IMG/VR virus record: IMGVR_UViG_3300042523_000511 | Span: 1-55,265 of that record | Origin: a virus | Lineage: Duplodnaviria > Caudoviricetes | Strand: one strand, 5' to 3' | Length of the DNA stretch: 55,265 nt | In this document: positions 45,668-55,265 of the stretch, one piece after another | Layout: each line of letters opens with the position of its first letter | Numbering within the stretch: the stretch's first letter is position 1 | Notes under the pieces: model-generated | The model's input: only the letters and a program-made list of their open reading frames with translations | What the model was told of the DNA's origin: nothing | Database searches by the model: none | Program-made: the position numbers and the translations under genes

Positions 45668-46580
45668 CATAGCAGACCTAGACTGCATATACTTGACGTA
45701 TGATGAACCACAACGAGAAGAATTTTGGATCAAGATTAGGAATATGGTGCCTTGGGCACGAAGGGTGGACGGTGTTCTGGGGAGCGATGCGGCTCACAAA
45801 GCGGCAGCCCAAGCGAGTGGTACGGATAGATTCATTCTCATCGATGGCGACAATCTCCCCGATCCGGCGTTCTTTAATCAAACACTTGTTTTTCCTAGCA
45901 AAGAATATGAGAGTGCTGTGTTCCGGTGGCGGGCACGTAACCATATCAATGGACTGATGTATGGCAATGGTGGCCTGAGTTCATGGACCAAGGAACATGT
46001 GCAGAACATGCGTACACACGAAGCCACAGACGGCACAGCAGAAACACAAGTGGAATTTTGTTTTGATCCCTTATACTGGCCCATGTATGACTGCTATTCA
46101 ACCACATACCCTAATCAATCCCCATTCCATGCGTGGCGTGCAGGCTTTCGTGAAGGCGTTAAAATGTGCTTGGATCGTGGACGCAAGCCTACTACAGCAG
46201 AGTTCCAGGACCGAGTGCATCAACGCAACTTGGATCATCTAACCATTTGGCACAATGTGGGTGCTGATGTGGAACACGGCTATTGGGCCATGGCTGGCGC
46301 ACGCCAAGGCACGTATATGACCATGCTTACTGCCTGGGATCATACTCTAGTGCAGAACTTTGAAGCCTTGGCTGAACTGTGGCGAACAGTTGAAACTTCG
46401 GAGCCTAGACTGCTTGCTGGACGACTGGCAGAAGAATTACACACACAATTGGGCTTGCCCATGATTGTGATGGAAGCAGAACAAAGTGAATTCTTCAAGA
46501 AGCACTACAGATCTAATTGGCACAATTGTGGCATTATGACACGTGAAATTGATGTTATTAGGCAGCAAGAAGGTTGGTAA
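45648..46580 (+). CDS. Glycosyltransferase-like protein (GT-A)
   Basis: YDEP, RVDGVLGSDAAHKAAA, FILIDGD (DxD), YGNGG, AWRAGFREGVK. Confidence 0.6.
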   Translation: MALNQIDIADLDCIYLTYDEPQREEFWIKIRNMVPWARRVDGVLGSDAAHKAAAQASGTDRFILIDGDNLPDPAFFNQTLVFPSKEYESAVFRWRARNHINGLMYGNGGLSSWTKEHVQNMRTHEATDGTAETQVEFCFDPLYWPMYDCYSTTYPNQSPFHAWRAGFREGVKMCLDRGRKPTTAEFQDRVHQRNLDHLTIWHNVGADVEHGYWAMAGARQGTYMTMLTAWDHTLVQNFEALAELWRTVETSEPRLLAGRLAEELHTQLGLPMIVMEAEQSEFFKKHYRSNWHNCGIMTREIDVIRQQEGW

Positions 46581-47149
46581 TGGAAAAGAAACTGTTGTTA
46601 GATGGATGCAGTTTTACATATGGCCTTGGCTTGAAAAAAGAAGAAACCTTAGAACAGCACTTCATTGAAAATGGTTATCAAGTGTTGAATTTATCTCGAC
46701 CGGGCAAAAGCAATCATGCCATTGCGTTAGATGTTTATAATCACATTGATGAAGTTGATGTTGTTGTAGTGGGCTGGACATACAGCTCACGCTGGCATTT
46801 AAAATATCACGGCGACAACATTGATTTGTTAGCCACACGACTGCAAATAGAATTACCTTACACCATTGATAGTGGTGCAATTGAGCAAAGCTATCAAGAC
46901 CTGCATCGATCGTTGTATAGTTTGTTTGATTCAACACATTGGGATCAGACCAGCGACATGCTAGTAGATACCACACATGCATTGGCACAGCAAAAATCAA
47001 CTGTTTTTTTCAGTTGGGAGCCAAGAGATACACAATGTTCTTTATATTATCCCCATATACCAGTATCGCTTCGTTTGCCTTGCGGGCATCTCAATGCTGA
47101 TGGAACCACATACTTGTTTGACAACTTAACTGCAAAATTAACCCAATGA
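46574..47149 (+). CDS. SGNH hydrolase-like protein
   Basis: GCSFTYG, NLSRPGKSN, WT...R, CGHLNADG. Confidence 0.65.
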   Translation: MVMEKKLLLDGCSFTYGLGLKKEETLEQHFIENGYQVLNLSRPGKSNHAIALDVYNHIDEVDVVVVGWTYSSRWHLKYHGDNIDLLATRLQIELPYTIDSGAIEQSYQDLHRSLYSLFDSTHWDQTSDMLVDTTHALAQQKSTVFFSWEPRDTQCSLYYPHIPVSLRLPCGHLNADGTTYLFDNLTAKLTQ

Positions 47150-48528
47150 CCAAAGGCGATCAAAGCAAATTTATGAGCTCTGCAGAGCAGATGAAACAGG
47201 ATCTAGGACCTGCACTATGCCTTGCCAAATGGAAACAGGTCAGTTTGCACTTGCCCACAGGACTCAATAACTCCTGTTACCATCCGCCACTGCACAAGAT
47301 ACCTGTAGAAAATCTTGCCACAGACCCAGGATCCTTGCACAACACGCCGCACAAGAAAGCGCAACGTGTACTGATGTTACGGAACGAAAAGCCCTCTGAG
47401 TGTCAGTATTGTTGGAATATGGAAGCGGAAAACAAACTGAGTGACAGACACTATCGTTCAGGCGAGCCGTGGGCGGCTGTGGACTTTGAACGCATAAAGA
47501 ATTCAACAGGAGAAGAAAATGACGTTATCCCTAGCTACGTTGAGGTTAATTTTAATAATGTGTGTAATCTCATGTGCAGTTATTGTAGTCCGCAATTCTC
47601 TAGCAGCTGGCAACAAGAAGTGGATCGATCAGGCGGCTACCCTACTGCTCGTGTTCACAATGATCCTGGGCATTTTGTTGGAGATCGCAGGGTACTTCCG
47701 GCTAGAGAGCATAACCCTTATGTAGATGCATTCTGGGCGTGGTGGCCCACACTGTATCCAGAACTCATACACTTCCGCATGACTGGCGGCGAGCCTTTAC
47801 TGGACAAGAATACCTACAGAGTGTTTGATCATGTATTAGCTAACCCCAGCCCCAAACTGCATTTAAATGTTACATCAAACTTTTCAGTAGATGAAAAGTC
47901 ATGGCAGAAGTATCTCGGCTATGTAAAACAACTGTGTGACGGCCGCATAGAACACTTCATGCAGTATGTGAGTCTAGACGGCTGGGGCTCTCAAGCAGAA
48001 TACATGCGTCACGGCATGGACTTTGATTTGTTATGGGATAGAGTAAATCAATTCCTAACTGAAGTGCCTAGTTACAATAGCTTAACATTTATTGTTACTA
48101 TGAACAACTTGAGTGTGACCAGCTTGGAAAACTTGTTTGCTGGCATCTTGGGCCTGCGTAACACATACTCTAAGACCTATCAGCGTGTGTGGTTTGATAC
48201 ACCTGTGTTACGCGAACCTGCTTGGCAGAGCTTGCAGATTCTGCCCGAAGCCTATGCTGATCGGCTGGACCACTTGTGGGCTTGGATGATACGCCAAAGC
48301 GAAACACCCGACGATCCATTTCACGGATTTAAAGACTACGAAATAGCACGTTTAGATAGAGACATTGCGTGGATGCGAGCAGGCCAAAGTCAAGATCATT
48401 CCCAAGCAAAGGCAGACTTTTATAGATTCTTTCAAGAACACGACCGCCGCAGAGGCACTGACTTTCTAAAGACCTTTCCTGAAATGAAATCTTGGTGGGC
48501 AGAATGTGAATATTGGAGTCACCGTTAA
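47146..48528 (+). CDS. Radical SAM protein with an N-terminal twitch/SPASM-like Cys cluster (1)
   Basis: CNLMCSYC and TGGEP; N-terminal CLAKW..SCYH..CQYC. Confidence 0.9.
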   Translation: MTKGDQSKFMSSAEQMKQDLGPALCLAKWKQVSLHLPTGLNNSCYHPPLHKIPVENLATDPGSLHNTPHKKAQRVLMLRNEKPSECQYCWNMEAENKLSDRHYRSGEPWAAVDFERIKNSTGEENDVIPSYVEVNFNNVCNLMCSYCSPQFSSSWQQEVDRSGGYPTARVHNDPGHFVGDRRVLPAREHNPYVDAFWAWWPTLYPELIHFRMTGGEPLLDKNTYRVFDHVLANPSPKLHLNVTSNFSVDEKSWQKYLGYVKQLCDGRIEHFMQYVSLDGWGSQAEYMRHGMDFDLLWDRVNQFLTEVPSYNSLTFIVTMNNLSVTSLENLFAGILGLRNTYSKTYQRVWFDTPVLREPAWQSLQILPEAYADRLDHLWAWMIRQSETPDDPFHGFKDYEIARLDRDIAWMRAGQSQDHSQAKADFYRFFQEHDRRRGTDFLKTFPEMKSWWAECEYWSHR

Positions 48529-49571
48529 TGTTTTATCTTGACGCTTGCACTGAGCTCACTGAGTTCTTGCACCCTTATGCTGATGAACTGTATTATGAAT
48601 TTGAAAAACTTCCAGTGGTGCCCGGAGCCACTTATTTGATAGGCCGCGAGCAACTGCGGCTCAATGGGCATCGCGTGAGAAGCATGTGCGAGCAATGCCA
48701 AATTATATTTGCCAATCCTGCAGAAGGTTCAGAAACTTTGTTATGGCATTTAAGAAAATATGGCATTGAAGATCTAGTGCTGGATGGCCGAGTTCAACTG
48801 ATAGGTGGTGGCCGCATGCCTCCCGAATACAATTGCATGCTGTTTGAACATTTTCTAACTCAACCGTTTAGATATGAAGAAAATAAAGAAGCCTGTAAAC
48901 GCACACCTGAAATCTTTTCTAAAACTGCTAAACCCTATTCTTTTTTGTGCCTAAATGGTCGCGGTCGCCCACATAGATGTGCTATACTAAACCAGCTGGA
49001 GCAATTGGGCCTACTTGATGGTGCTCTTTGGACCAACCTTGATGATTATCTAAGGCCAATTCGACTGTTACCTTCCTATTATGAAGTTGATAGATATCAC
49101 GGCACTACTGTAGAAACAGGTTATGTAAAAGCACAATTATTCAATAACGAATGGGGAGAAATTTACATTAAACCTGAACCATATATTGACACTTATTTTT
49201 CAGTAGTTACAGAAACTGTTTATAACTATCCTTGGAGTTTGTTTTCAGAAAAAATGTGCAAACCACTTGCTATTGGACACCCGTTTATTGCAGTGGCCAA
49301 TTACGGATTCTATCGTGATCTTCGTGACCTTGGATTTCAAACGTTTCACAGTTTGATTGATGAAACATTTGATCAGTTAGATAACAACCAGGATCGTATG
49401 GATCGTGTGATAAACTCTATTAAAGACTTGTGCAGTCAAGATCTTGGGGCTTTTATCCAGGCCGCAGAACCCATTTGTAAATACAATCAACAGCATCTTC
49501 AAGAGTTTGCTCAACAGCACATGGACGAGTTGCCTGCAAGATTCTTTCAATTTATCAACTCATCCACATGA
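48528..49571 (+). CDS. GT-B-like glycosyltransferase domain protein
   Basis: FLCLNGRGRPHR, FSVVTET, SEKMCKPLAIGHPF, LGFQTF...DETFD; ATG at 48528. Confidence 0.5.
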   Translation: MFYLDACTELTEFLHPYADELYYEFEKLPVVPGATYLIGREQLRLNGHRVRSMCEQCQIIFANPAEGSETLLWHLRKYGIEDLVLDGRVQLIGGGRMPPEYNCMLFEHFLTQPFRYEENKEACKRTPEIFSKTAKPYSFLCLNGRGRPHRCAILNQLEQLGLLDGALWTNLDDYLRPIRLLPSYYEVDRYHGTTVETGYVKAQLFNNEWGEIYIKPEPYIDTYFSVVTETVYNYPWSLFSEKMCKPLAIGHPFIAVANYGFYRDLRDLGFQTFHSLIDETFDQLDNNQDRMDRVINSIKDLCSQDLGAFIQAAEPICKYNQQHLQEFAQQHMDELPARFFQFINSST

Positions 49572-50899
49572 ACGATTTAGATTTTAAACACACAGTACTA
49601 GACAATCTCTCAGCCAGTTTTTGTGCAGCAAAATGGTATAACGCAACCATCTGGTTAGGAAGTGGACAGACCACAAGCTGTCATCACCCGCCAGCCCATT
49701 TGATCGACAGTGATAAAGTCAGCATCAACCCTCGGCTATTGCACAATACTGATCAAAAGAAAGAAGATCGTCGCAAGATGATCAACGGGGAGCGTCCCCC
49801 TGGCTGCGAGTATTGTTGGAAAATTGAAGACATGGGCCGCGATGCCATTTCAGACCGTGTGTATAAATCACGGATATATCCTATAGAGGCATTAGATGAA
49901 GCTAGAAATACACCATATACCAAAGACGTCAACCTCCGTACACTTGAGATCGCTTTTGATCGTACTTGTCAGTTTGCTTGTAGTTATTGCAATCCCGCTT
50001 TTAGCAGTACTTGGGTACGCGATATCAAACGGAATGGACCATATACCCAATTGGTATCCGATGGTAGGAACCATTTTACTCACGCCCATGATAGCGCACA
50101 ATTATATGAGTATGGAGAAAGCAATCCATACATTGATGCATTTTTTAAGTGGTGGGAATCGGATCTACATCGAACCCTGCAAGAGCTCAGAATCACCGGT
50201 GGTGAGCCCCTCATGTCAGGACATACTTGGAAGCTCATTGACTGGTTTAAAACAAATTCGGGTAAGAGTTCAACACGCCTGGCTATCAATAGCAACTTAG
50301 GCACAGACGTCGACATTGACCGCTTGCTGTCCAGCACAAAAGGCATGGCAATTGACATATACACTTCAAACGAAGCTGTAGGCACTCAAGCAGAATACAT
50401 ACGCGATGGCTTGGTCTGGGCGGACTGGATGCACAATGTAGAACGCTTGTTAAGTTCCAAGCAGTTCCGCGGCATACATGTGATGTGTACCATTAATGCA
50501 CTGTGCTTGGATAGCCTAGATCAATTGCTAGACCGCATAGTGAAATGGAAGCTGGAGTATGGACGTGATGCTATATCATTTACATTAAACATATTGCGCT
50601 TTCCATCATTTCAATCGCCATTGGTGCTGCCTGATAATATACGCACTCGCTATAGAGATCGATTGGCTAACTTCATGGTGCGACACAAAGGTTATTCTTA
50701 CTTGCACGAACACGAAATCAATCATCTACAAAGATTAATTGATTATTTAGACGTAGTGAAAACTCCGCACTCAGACGCATTTGATCGGCCCAAGCTGTTG
50801 AATGATTTTAAACAGTTCTTCTCACAGTACGACCAGCGCCGTGACAAAGTCTTTGTCACAGCATTTCCCGAATTAAAAGAATGGTACGATGAGCTATAA
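49568..50899 (+). CDS. Radical SAM protein with an N-terminal twitch-like domain (2)
   Basis: CQFACSYC and TGGEP; CAAKW..SCHH..CEYC. Confidence 0.9.
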   Translation: MNDLDFKHTVLDNLSASFCAAKWYNATIWLGSGQTTSCHHPPAHLIDSDKVSINPRLLHNTDQKKEDRRKMINGERPPGCEYCWKIEDMGRDAISDRVYKSRIYPIEALDEARNTPYTKDVNLRTLEIAFDRTCQFACSYCNPAFSSTWVRDIKRNGPYTQLVSDGRNHFTHAHDSAQLYEYGESNPYIDAFFKWWESDLHRTLQELRITGGEPLMSGHTWKLIDWFKTNSGKSSTRLAINSNLGTDVDIDRLLSSTKGMAIDIYTSNEAVGTQAEYIRDGLVWADWMHNVERLLSSKQFRGIHVMCTINALCLDSLDQLLDRIVKWKLEYGRDAISFTLNILRFPSFQSPLVLPDNIRTRYRDRLANFMVRHKGYSYLHEHEINHLQRLIDYLDVVKTPHSDAFDRPKLLNDFKQFFSQYDQRRDKVFVTAFPELKEWYDEL

Positions 50900-52148
50900 T
50901 TACAACTCAACTGATCTAGTAAGACCCACAGAATTAACAGAACGTGAAGAATTCTTATTAAAAGAGTCTAAGACATTTTGCATTTATCCGTGGATACACT
51001 TGCATGCTTATCCCACAGGCGAAGCATATCCCTGCTGTCACGCTGAAATGAAGCCCGGAGTGGTGGGTAATTGCCGCACAAATACCTTAGAAGAAATATG
51101 GACAGGCAAGCCCATGCAGCGACTACGTGCAGATATGTTGAACGAAACCCCACATGCTGCTTGCACACGCTGTTATGAGCAAGAAGAATCAGGATTCTTT
51201 TCCGGACGTAAATCAGCTAACAAGCATCACGGGCATCACATAAAGAAGCTGGATCAAAATCCTTTTGAAATGACCTACTGGGACATTCGTTTCTCAAACC
51301 TATGCAACTTAAAATGCCGTAGCTGTGGGCATATCTTTAGTTCACAATGGTATCAAGATCAAGCCAAGTTGGCAGGCGGTGACTGGAAAGCTCACAACTC
51401 AGTGCTAAACTACGCAGGGCGCACAGAAACAGACATGTGGGAACAGCTAGAGCCTCATTTGGACTATGTAGAACAAATCTACTTTGCAGGCGGCGAACCC
51501 TTGTTGATGGAAGAACACTACCGTATTCTGGAAGAACTAGTAAAGCGCGAGCGCTTTGATGTCAGACTGATATACAACACAAACTTTACACATACTGATT
51601 TAAAGGGCCGTTCAGTATTTGAATATTGGAAACAGTTTGCGAGTGTAGCAGTGGGCGCCAGTTTAGATGATCAACATGATCGTGCGGCCTATATACGAAA
51701 AGGAACTGATTGGCATCAAGTTATAGCCAATCGCGCCAAAATGATTCACGTGTGTCCCAATGTAGACTTTTATATTTCGCCCACACTTAGTATTATGAAT
51801 GCAATGACATTGCCTGATTTTCATCAGCAATGGACAGAAGTGGGATTGATTCGAGCACAAGATCTAAATGTGAACATCTTGCAAGATCCTGCACACTATA
51901 GAATAGACATTGCTCCTGCGGCGTACAAACAACAGTTAACAGCAAAGTATCGCAAGCACATTGAATGGTTGCGCGATCAAGACCCCTTAGGTCGTGCCAC
52001 ACAAGGCTTTGAATCAGCCATTACATTTATGATGGCCACAGACAACACACACTTGATTGATACATTCTGGCGCAAAACACATGAGCTTGATGTGATAAGA
52101 AATGAAAACATATTGGACACAATCCCAGAATTACAGGCACTAAAATGA
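50889..52148 (+). CDS. Radical SAM protein with an N-terminal twitch-like domain (3)
   Basis: CNLKCRSC and AGGEP; CIYPW..PCC..CTRC. Confidence 0.9.
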   Translation: MSYNYNSTDLVRPTELTEREEFLLKESKTFCIYPWIHLHAYPTGEAYPCCHAEMKPGVVGNCRTNTLEEIWTGKPMQRLRADMLNETPHAACTRCYEQEESGFFSGRKSANKHHGHHIKKLDQNPFEMTYWDIRFSNLCNLKCRSCGHIFSSQWYQDQAKLAGGDWKAHNSVLNYAGRTETDMWEQLEPHLDYVEQIYFAGGEPLLMEEHYRILEELVKRERFDVRLIYNTNFTHTDLKGRSVFEYWKQFASVAVGASLDDQHDRAAYIRKGTDWHQVIANRAKMIHVCPNVDFYISPTLSIMNAMTLPDFHQQWTEVGLIRAQDLNVNILQDPAHYRIDIAPAAYKQQLTAKYRKHIEWLRDQDPLGRATQGFESAITFMMATDNTHLIDTFWRKTHELDVIRNENILDTIPELQALK

Positions 52149-53365
52149 ATATACCACACGATCAATTTTGCGTATTGCCTTGGGTTTCGTTAGAAGCTTC
52201 TCCCATTGGCACAGTACGACCATGTTGTTTAGCAGATGATGAGTTATTGGATGATGAGGGCAACAAGTTCTCATTGCTAACAGCTGACTTTGCGAGCATA
52301 CAAAACTCACAAGCAATGATTCAACTGCGTGAAGAATTTTTAGCTGGAAAAAAACCACAAACATGCCGCAAGTGCTGGATGGAAGAACGAGCAGGACGCA
52401 CAAGCAAACGCATGCATACCTTGGACAGAATGAAGCACATGGGCATATCAGGTGAGTGGACTGCTGATGCCAAGCCCTTGATGTTCCTGGATTTGAAGCT
52501 GGGCAACATCTGCAACTTGAAATGTCGTATATGCGGATCATGGTCATCAAGTCAATTTGCCACAGAAGAGCTTGCTGACATGGGAGTGGAGCAGGATCGA
52601 AAGAAATCATTTCCCTATCAAATGCTACGTGCTGGCGCTTGGCCCAGAGAAAATCTATCATTTTGGCACGAAATAGATGCCTGTTTAAATGACATACGCT
52701 ACATTGAATTCACAGGTGGCGAGCCATTTATGATTGATCAACATTTTGACATGTTGCAGGGCATTGTGGATCGCGGAATTGCACATCAAGTTGAAATACA
52801 TTACAACACCAACGGCACACAATGGCCTGCACGTGGTCCGGACATTTGGCGACATTTTAAAACAGTAGAAGTGGCGTTCTCTATAGATGATTTGGGTGCC
52901 CGTTTTGAATATCAACGTACCAATGCAGACTGGGCAGTGGTGCTGGACACAATCACAAGTTTTCAATACCTTCGAGATCAGTTACCAAACTTGCGTTTAC
53001 AGTGCTGTTCAACCGTGAATGTGTTCAATGTGCGGTATATTGATCAACTGGCGCATTGGATAGCACTGCAACGTTTTGACTTTGTGTACTGGAATATCAT
53101 GCATGACGCCTGGTACTTTTCAATTGCCACGCTGCCAGATTCTGTCAAGGCTGCTATTACACAACATTTGCGCACAGCCGATGTGCCTGCGCGGTATCGT
53201 GTGGAATTTGATAGAATCACGGATTTTATGAATAACGGTGCATCAACAGATGGGTTCATGACCAACATGAAGATCCGTGATTTGGATCGCAAACGCCAGC
53301 AAAATCTACGCACAGTAGCACCAGAATTGGCTGACATTTTAAACTATGACTACGACCAAACTTAA
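52145..53365 (+). CDS. Radical SAM protein with an N-terminal twitch-like domain (4)
   Basis: CNLKCRIC, TGGEP, YNTNG; CVLPW..PCC..CRKC. Confidence 0.9.
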   Translation: MNIPHDQFCVLPWVSLEASPIGTVRPCCLADDELLDDEGNKFSLLTADFASIQNSQAMIQLREEFLAGKKPQTCRKCWMEERAGRTSKRMHTLDRMKHMGISGEWTADAKPLMFLDLKLGNICNLKCRICGSWSSSQFATEELADMGVEQDRKKSFPYQMLRAGAWPRENLSFWHEIDACLNDIRYIEFTGGEPFMIDQHFDMLQGIVDRGIAHQVEIHYNTNGTQWPARGPDIWRHFKTVEVAFSIDDLGARFEYQRTNADWAVVLDTITSFQYLRDQLPNLRLQCCSTVNVFNVRYIDQLAHWIALQRFDFVYWNIMHDAWYFSIATLPDSVKAAITQHLRTADVPARYRVEFDRITDFMNNGASTDGFMTNMKIRDLDRKRQQNLRTVAPELADILNYDYDQT

Positions 53366-54320
53366 ACTGTTGCATCACCCAGATGACTATGTGAATTTTG
53401 CACAAGGTGCTATTGCTCACCTGGTGCTGCCGCATTTTGATCTAGTGGAATACACGCCCGATACCAATTATAATAGTGCAGACACAGTGATCTTAACAAC
53501 TTTTTGGCGAGCCAAGACACCAGACACAGCGTGGTGGCGGTCTTTTCAACAGCAGGGATTTCGCATAGTAGTAGATCATTTGTACGACAGTGATGTAGAT
53601 ACTGTGAGCAGACGGATCAATCCACTCCAGCTGGAATTGCGCTGTGGCAATTGGTTGTGGTATAACAGTGCCTTGGCCAGTGAGCAATTTGGATACAATC
53701 AATATCAGCCGCAGCGTGATGTCAAATATTCATTTATCATGTTAATGAACAAAATACGCGAGCACAAAGATCGCGTGGCTGCTGAACTGGCGACGTTATT
53801 GCCGGCTGCCAGATGGAGTTATGTTGAACGCGGTCAACACATTGGTGATCCTGAAGAAAACAATCCCAGTGTAATTTGGCATCTGTACATGAATCCCAAC
53901 TGGTATGACACTGCTGCATTTTCAGTGGTGGTAGAAAGCTGGATGCGCACTGATCGATGGGTGCATGATTCCAACAATTACAGAACAGAAGTAAGCGAAA
54001 AGATTTTTAAACCCCTGGCATTTTATCATCCATTTGTGTGCTATGGCAGCGAAGGCACCTGCAGATATCTACAGCGCGAAGGGTTTGAAACATTCTCAAA
54101 TCTCTGGTCAGAAGAATATGACACAATATTAAATGACAATCAACGCTTCGAAGCAGTGACGCCAGTGGTGTTTGACGCAGTAAAGAATTACAGTTCAGGC
54201 CGGTATGATGCGCTAACTGAACAGAAACTCCGGCACAACAAACATCATTACTTCAACACAGCCTTAATTCATCAGCGTTTCCAAACAGAAATCATTGATG
54301 TGATACAGGAGTTTGTGTGA
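53346..54320 (+). CDS. GT-B-like glycosyltransferase domain protein, paralog of 48528-49571
   Basis: FSVVVES, SEKIFKPLAFYHPF, GFETF...EEYD. Confidence 0.5.
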   Translation: MTTTKLKLLHHPDDYVNFAQGAIAHLVLPHFDLVEYTPDTNYNSADTVILTTFWRAKTPDTAWWRSFQQQGFRIVVDHLYDSDVDTVSRRINPLQLELRCGNWLWYNSALASEQFGYNQYQPQRDVKYSFIMLMNKIREHKDRVAAELATLLPAARWSYVERGQHIGDPEENNPSVIWHLYMNPNWYDTAAFSVVVESWMRTDRWVHDSNNYRTEVSEKIFKPLAFYHPFVCYGSEGTCRYLQREGFETFSNLWSEEYDTILNDNQRFEAVTPVVFDAVKNYSSGRYDALTEQKLRHNKHHYFNTALIHQRFQTEIIDVIQEFV

Positions 54321-54916
54321 TAGCTGTGTGCGGTGACAGTTTTTGTGTGCCCGACCCAGACTACGGACCAATGTGGGTGGATCTGTTGGGTCAGCAGTGT
54401 GATCTACACAACTACAGTGAGCGCACCGCCACTAACCTGCTGATAGCACGCCAAGTGGATCAAGCTGTCAGAGACAACGCTGAGTTTATAATAGTGCATT
54501 TCACCAGCTGCACACGCGGAGAAAAGCCACATGCTGGCCGTTATGTGCCGTTCAGCTATCACACTGCCAGCGAAATTACCACGCCATTTGACTCAAATGC
54601 TTTGAGAATTCTAAAAGAATACTACACAGAGTTCTTTGATTTAGATCTTGCTATATATCAAAACGCCATCACAATAGAACACACCCTGAACCGATTGGTG
54701 CAGAGTGGCCGGCCATTTAGATTTGATCAGGGCGGGTTTGAACACTCAAGCTATGGCGGCACAGGGCAGTATTTTGCACAGTACACGCAATATCGCAGTC
54801 GATACAACTTGTGGGATCATGTGACCACACGCAAGTTCCGTCCGTACTATCACATAACAAATGATCAGACACATACACAAGTGGCTGAATACTATGCACA
54901 GGAAATAGCAAAATGA
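54317..54916 (+). CDS. SGNH hydrolase-like protein
   Basis: AVCGDSF, W..LL, ATN..I..Q, C-terminal YH...H. Confidence 0.6.
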   Translation: MIAVCGDSFCVPDPDYGPMWVDLLGQQCDLHNYSERTATNLLIARQVDQAVRDNAEFIIVHFTSCTRGEKPHAGRYVPFSYHTASEITTPFDSNALRILKEYYTEFFDLDLAIYQNAITIEHTLNRLVQSGRPFRFDQGGFEHSSYGGTGQYFAQYTQYRSRYNLWDHVTTRKFRPYYHITNDQTHTQVAEYYAQEIAK

Positions 54917-55265
54917 AAAAGATACTGGTATGCGGTGCAGGCGGATTTATTGGCACACATCTTGTGCGCAGCCTGCGAGCACAGGGCCATTATGTAATTG
55001 GCGCTGATTTAAAGTTTCCGGAGTTCTCAATCACTGAGTGTAATGAATTCCATCAAGTGGATCTTCGCAATCAACGCAGTGTCACACGCTTGATCAAACG
55101 TGACATTGATGAAATATATCAGCTGGCAGCAGACATGGGCGGTGCAGGCTATATCTTTATTGGGGATAATGATGCGGACATCATGCACAATTCAGCTATA
55201 ATTAATTTGAATATTCTGCATGAAATGACTTTTAAGAAAATACCCAAAATCTTTTACTCAAGTTC
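54913..55265 (+). CDS. NAD-dependent epimerase, GDP-mannose 3',5'-epimerase-like (partial; not in the ORF track)
   Basis: Hand translation MKKILVCGAGGFIGTHL...YQLAADMGGAGYI...IFYSS, with the GxxGxxG Rossmann motif and the LAADMGG signature. Confidence 0.85.
   Translation, partial: MKKILVCGAGGFIGTHLVRSLRAQGHYVIGADLKFPEFSITECNEFHQVDLRNQRSVTRLIKRDIDEIYQLAADMGGAGYIFIGDNDADIMHNSAIINLNILHEMTFKKIPKIFYSS

Noticed and set aside
12585-54956. Many short antisense or alternate-frame ORFs inside long genes (e.g. 19557-20075, 41207-41761, 52140-52661)
   Set aside because: They are contained in well-supported genes, show no motifs, and are explained by codon bias in Gly/Ala/Thr-rich sequence.
1-55265. CRISPR array, tRNA genes, IS/integrase, or a diversity-generating retroelement
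   Set aside because: By eye I found no spaced repeats, cloverleafs, transposase or reverse transcriptase. The 38-bp fibre repeat has no adenine-specific mismatches.
1-55265. Stop-codon reassignment as in some large phages
   Set aside because: Genes are full length in the standard code and end in TAA, TGA and TAG (e.g. gp55 ends in TAG).

Overview
This window is a segment of a large T4-superfamily-like (myovirus) phage genome read in the standard genetic code. A betaproteobacterial host is weakly suggested by one Bug/TctC gene. Left to right: (1) the 5' part of a tape-measure-like gene on the minus strand, divergent from a gp26/gp51-like hub-assembly pair that is joined by a canonical -1 slippery site. 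(2) Three small coupled ORFs (DUF1415-like, ATE_C/GNAT-like, DUF6614-like). (3) A ~390-bp highly structured non-coding region. (4) A minus-strand block of gp55 late sigma, gp47/Mre11, gp46/Rad50 and a GIY-YIG nuclease, interleaved with accessory genes (sulfotransferase-like, Bug/TctC, adenylate-forming enzyme, SGNH-like). (5) A late baseplate/tail module with gp53-, gp5-, gp25- and gp6-like genes, a 5026-aa mosaic protein and a fibre with an intramolecular chaperone, preceded by TATAAATA-type promoters. (6) A tightly overlapping operon of over 11 kb with glycosyltransferase-like, SGNH-like, four twitch-first radical SAM and GDP-mannose-epimerase-like genes. Best leads: the structured ncRNA/origin candidate, the G/GT-like frameshift, the radical-SAM glycan-tailoring operon and the minimal aminoacyl-transferase-like module. 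All family calls come from motif recognition by eye; no database searches were run.
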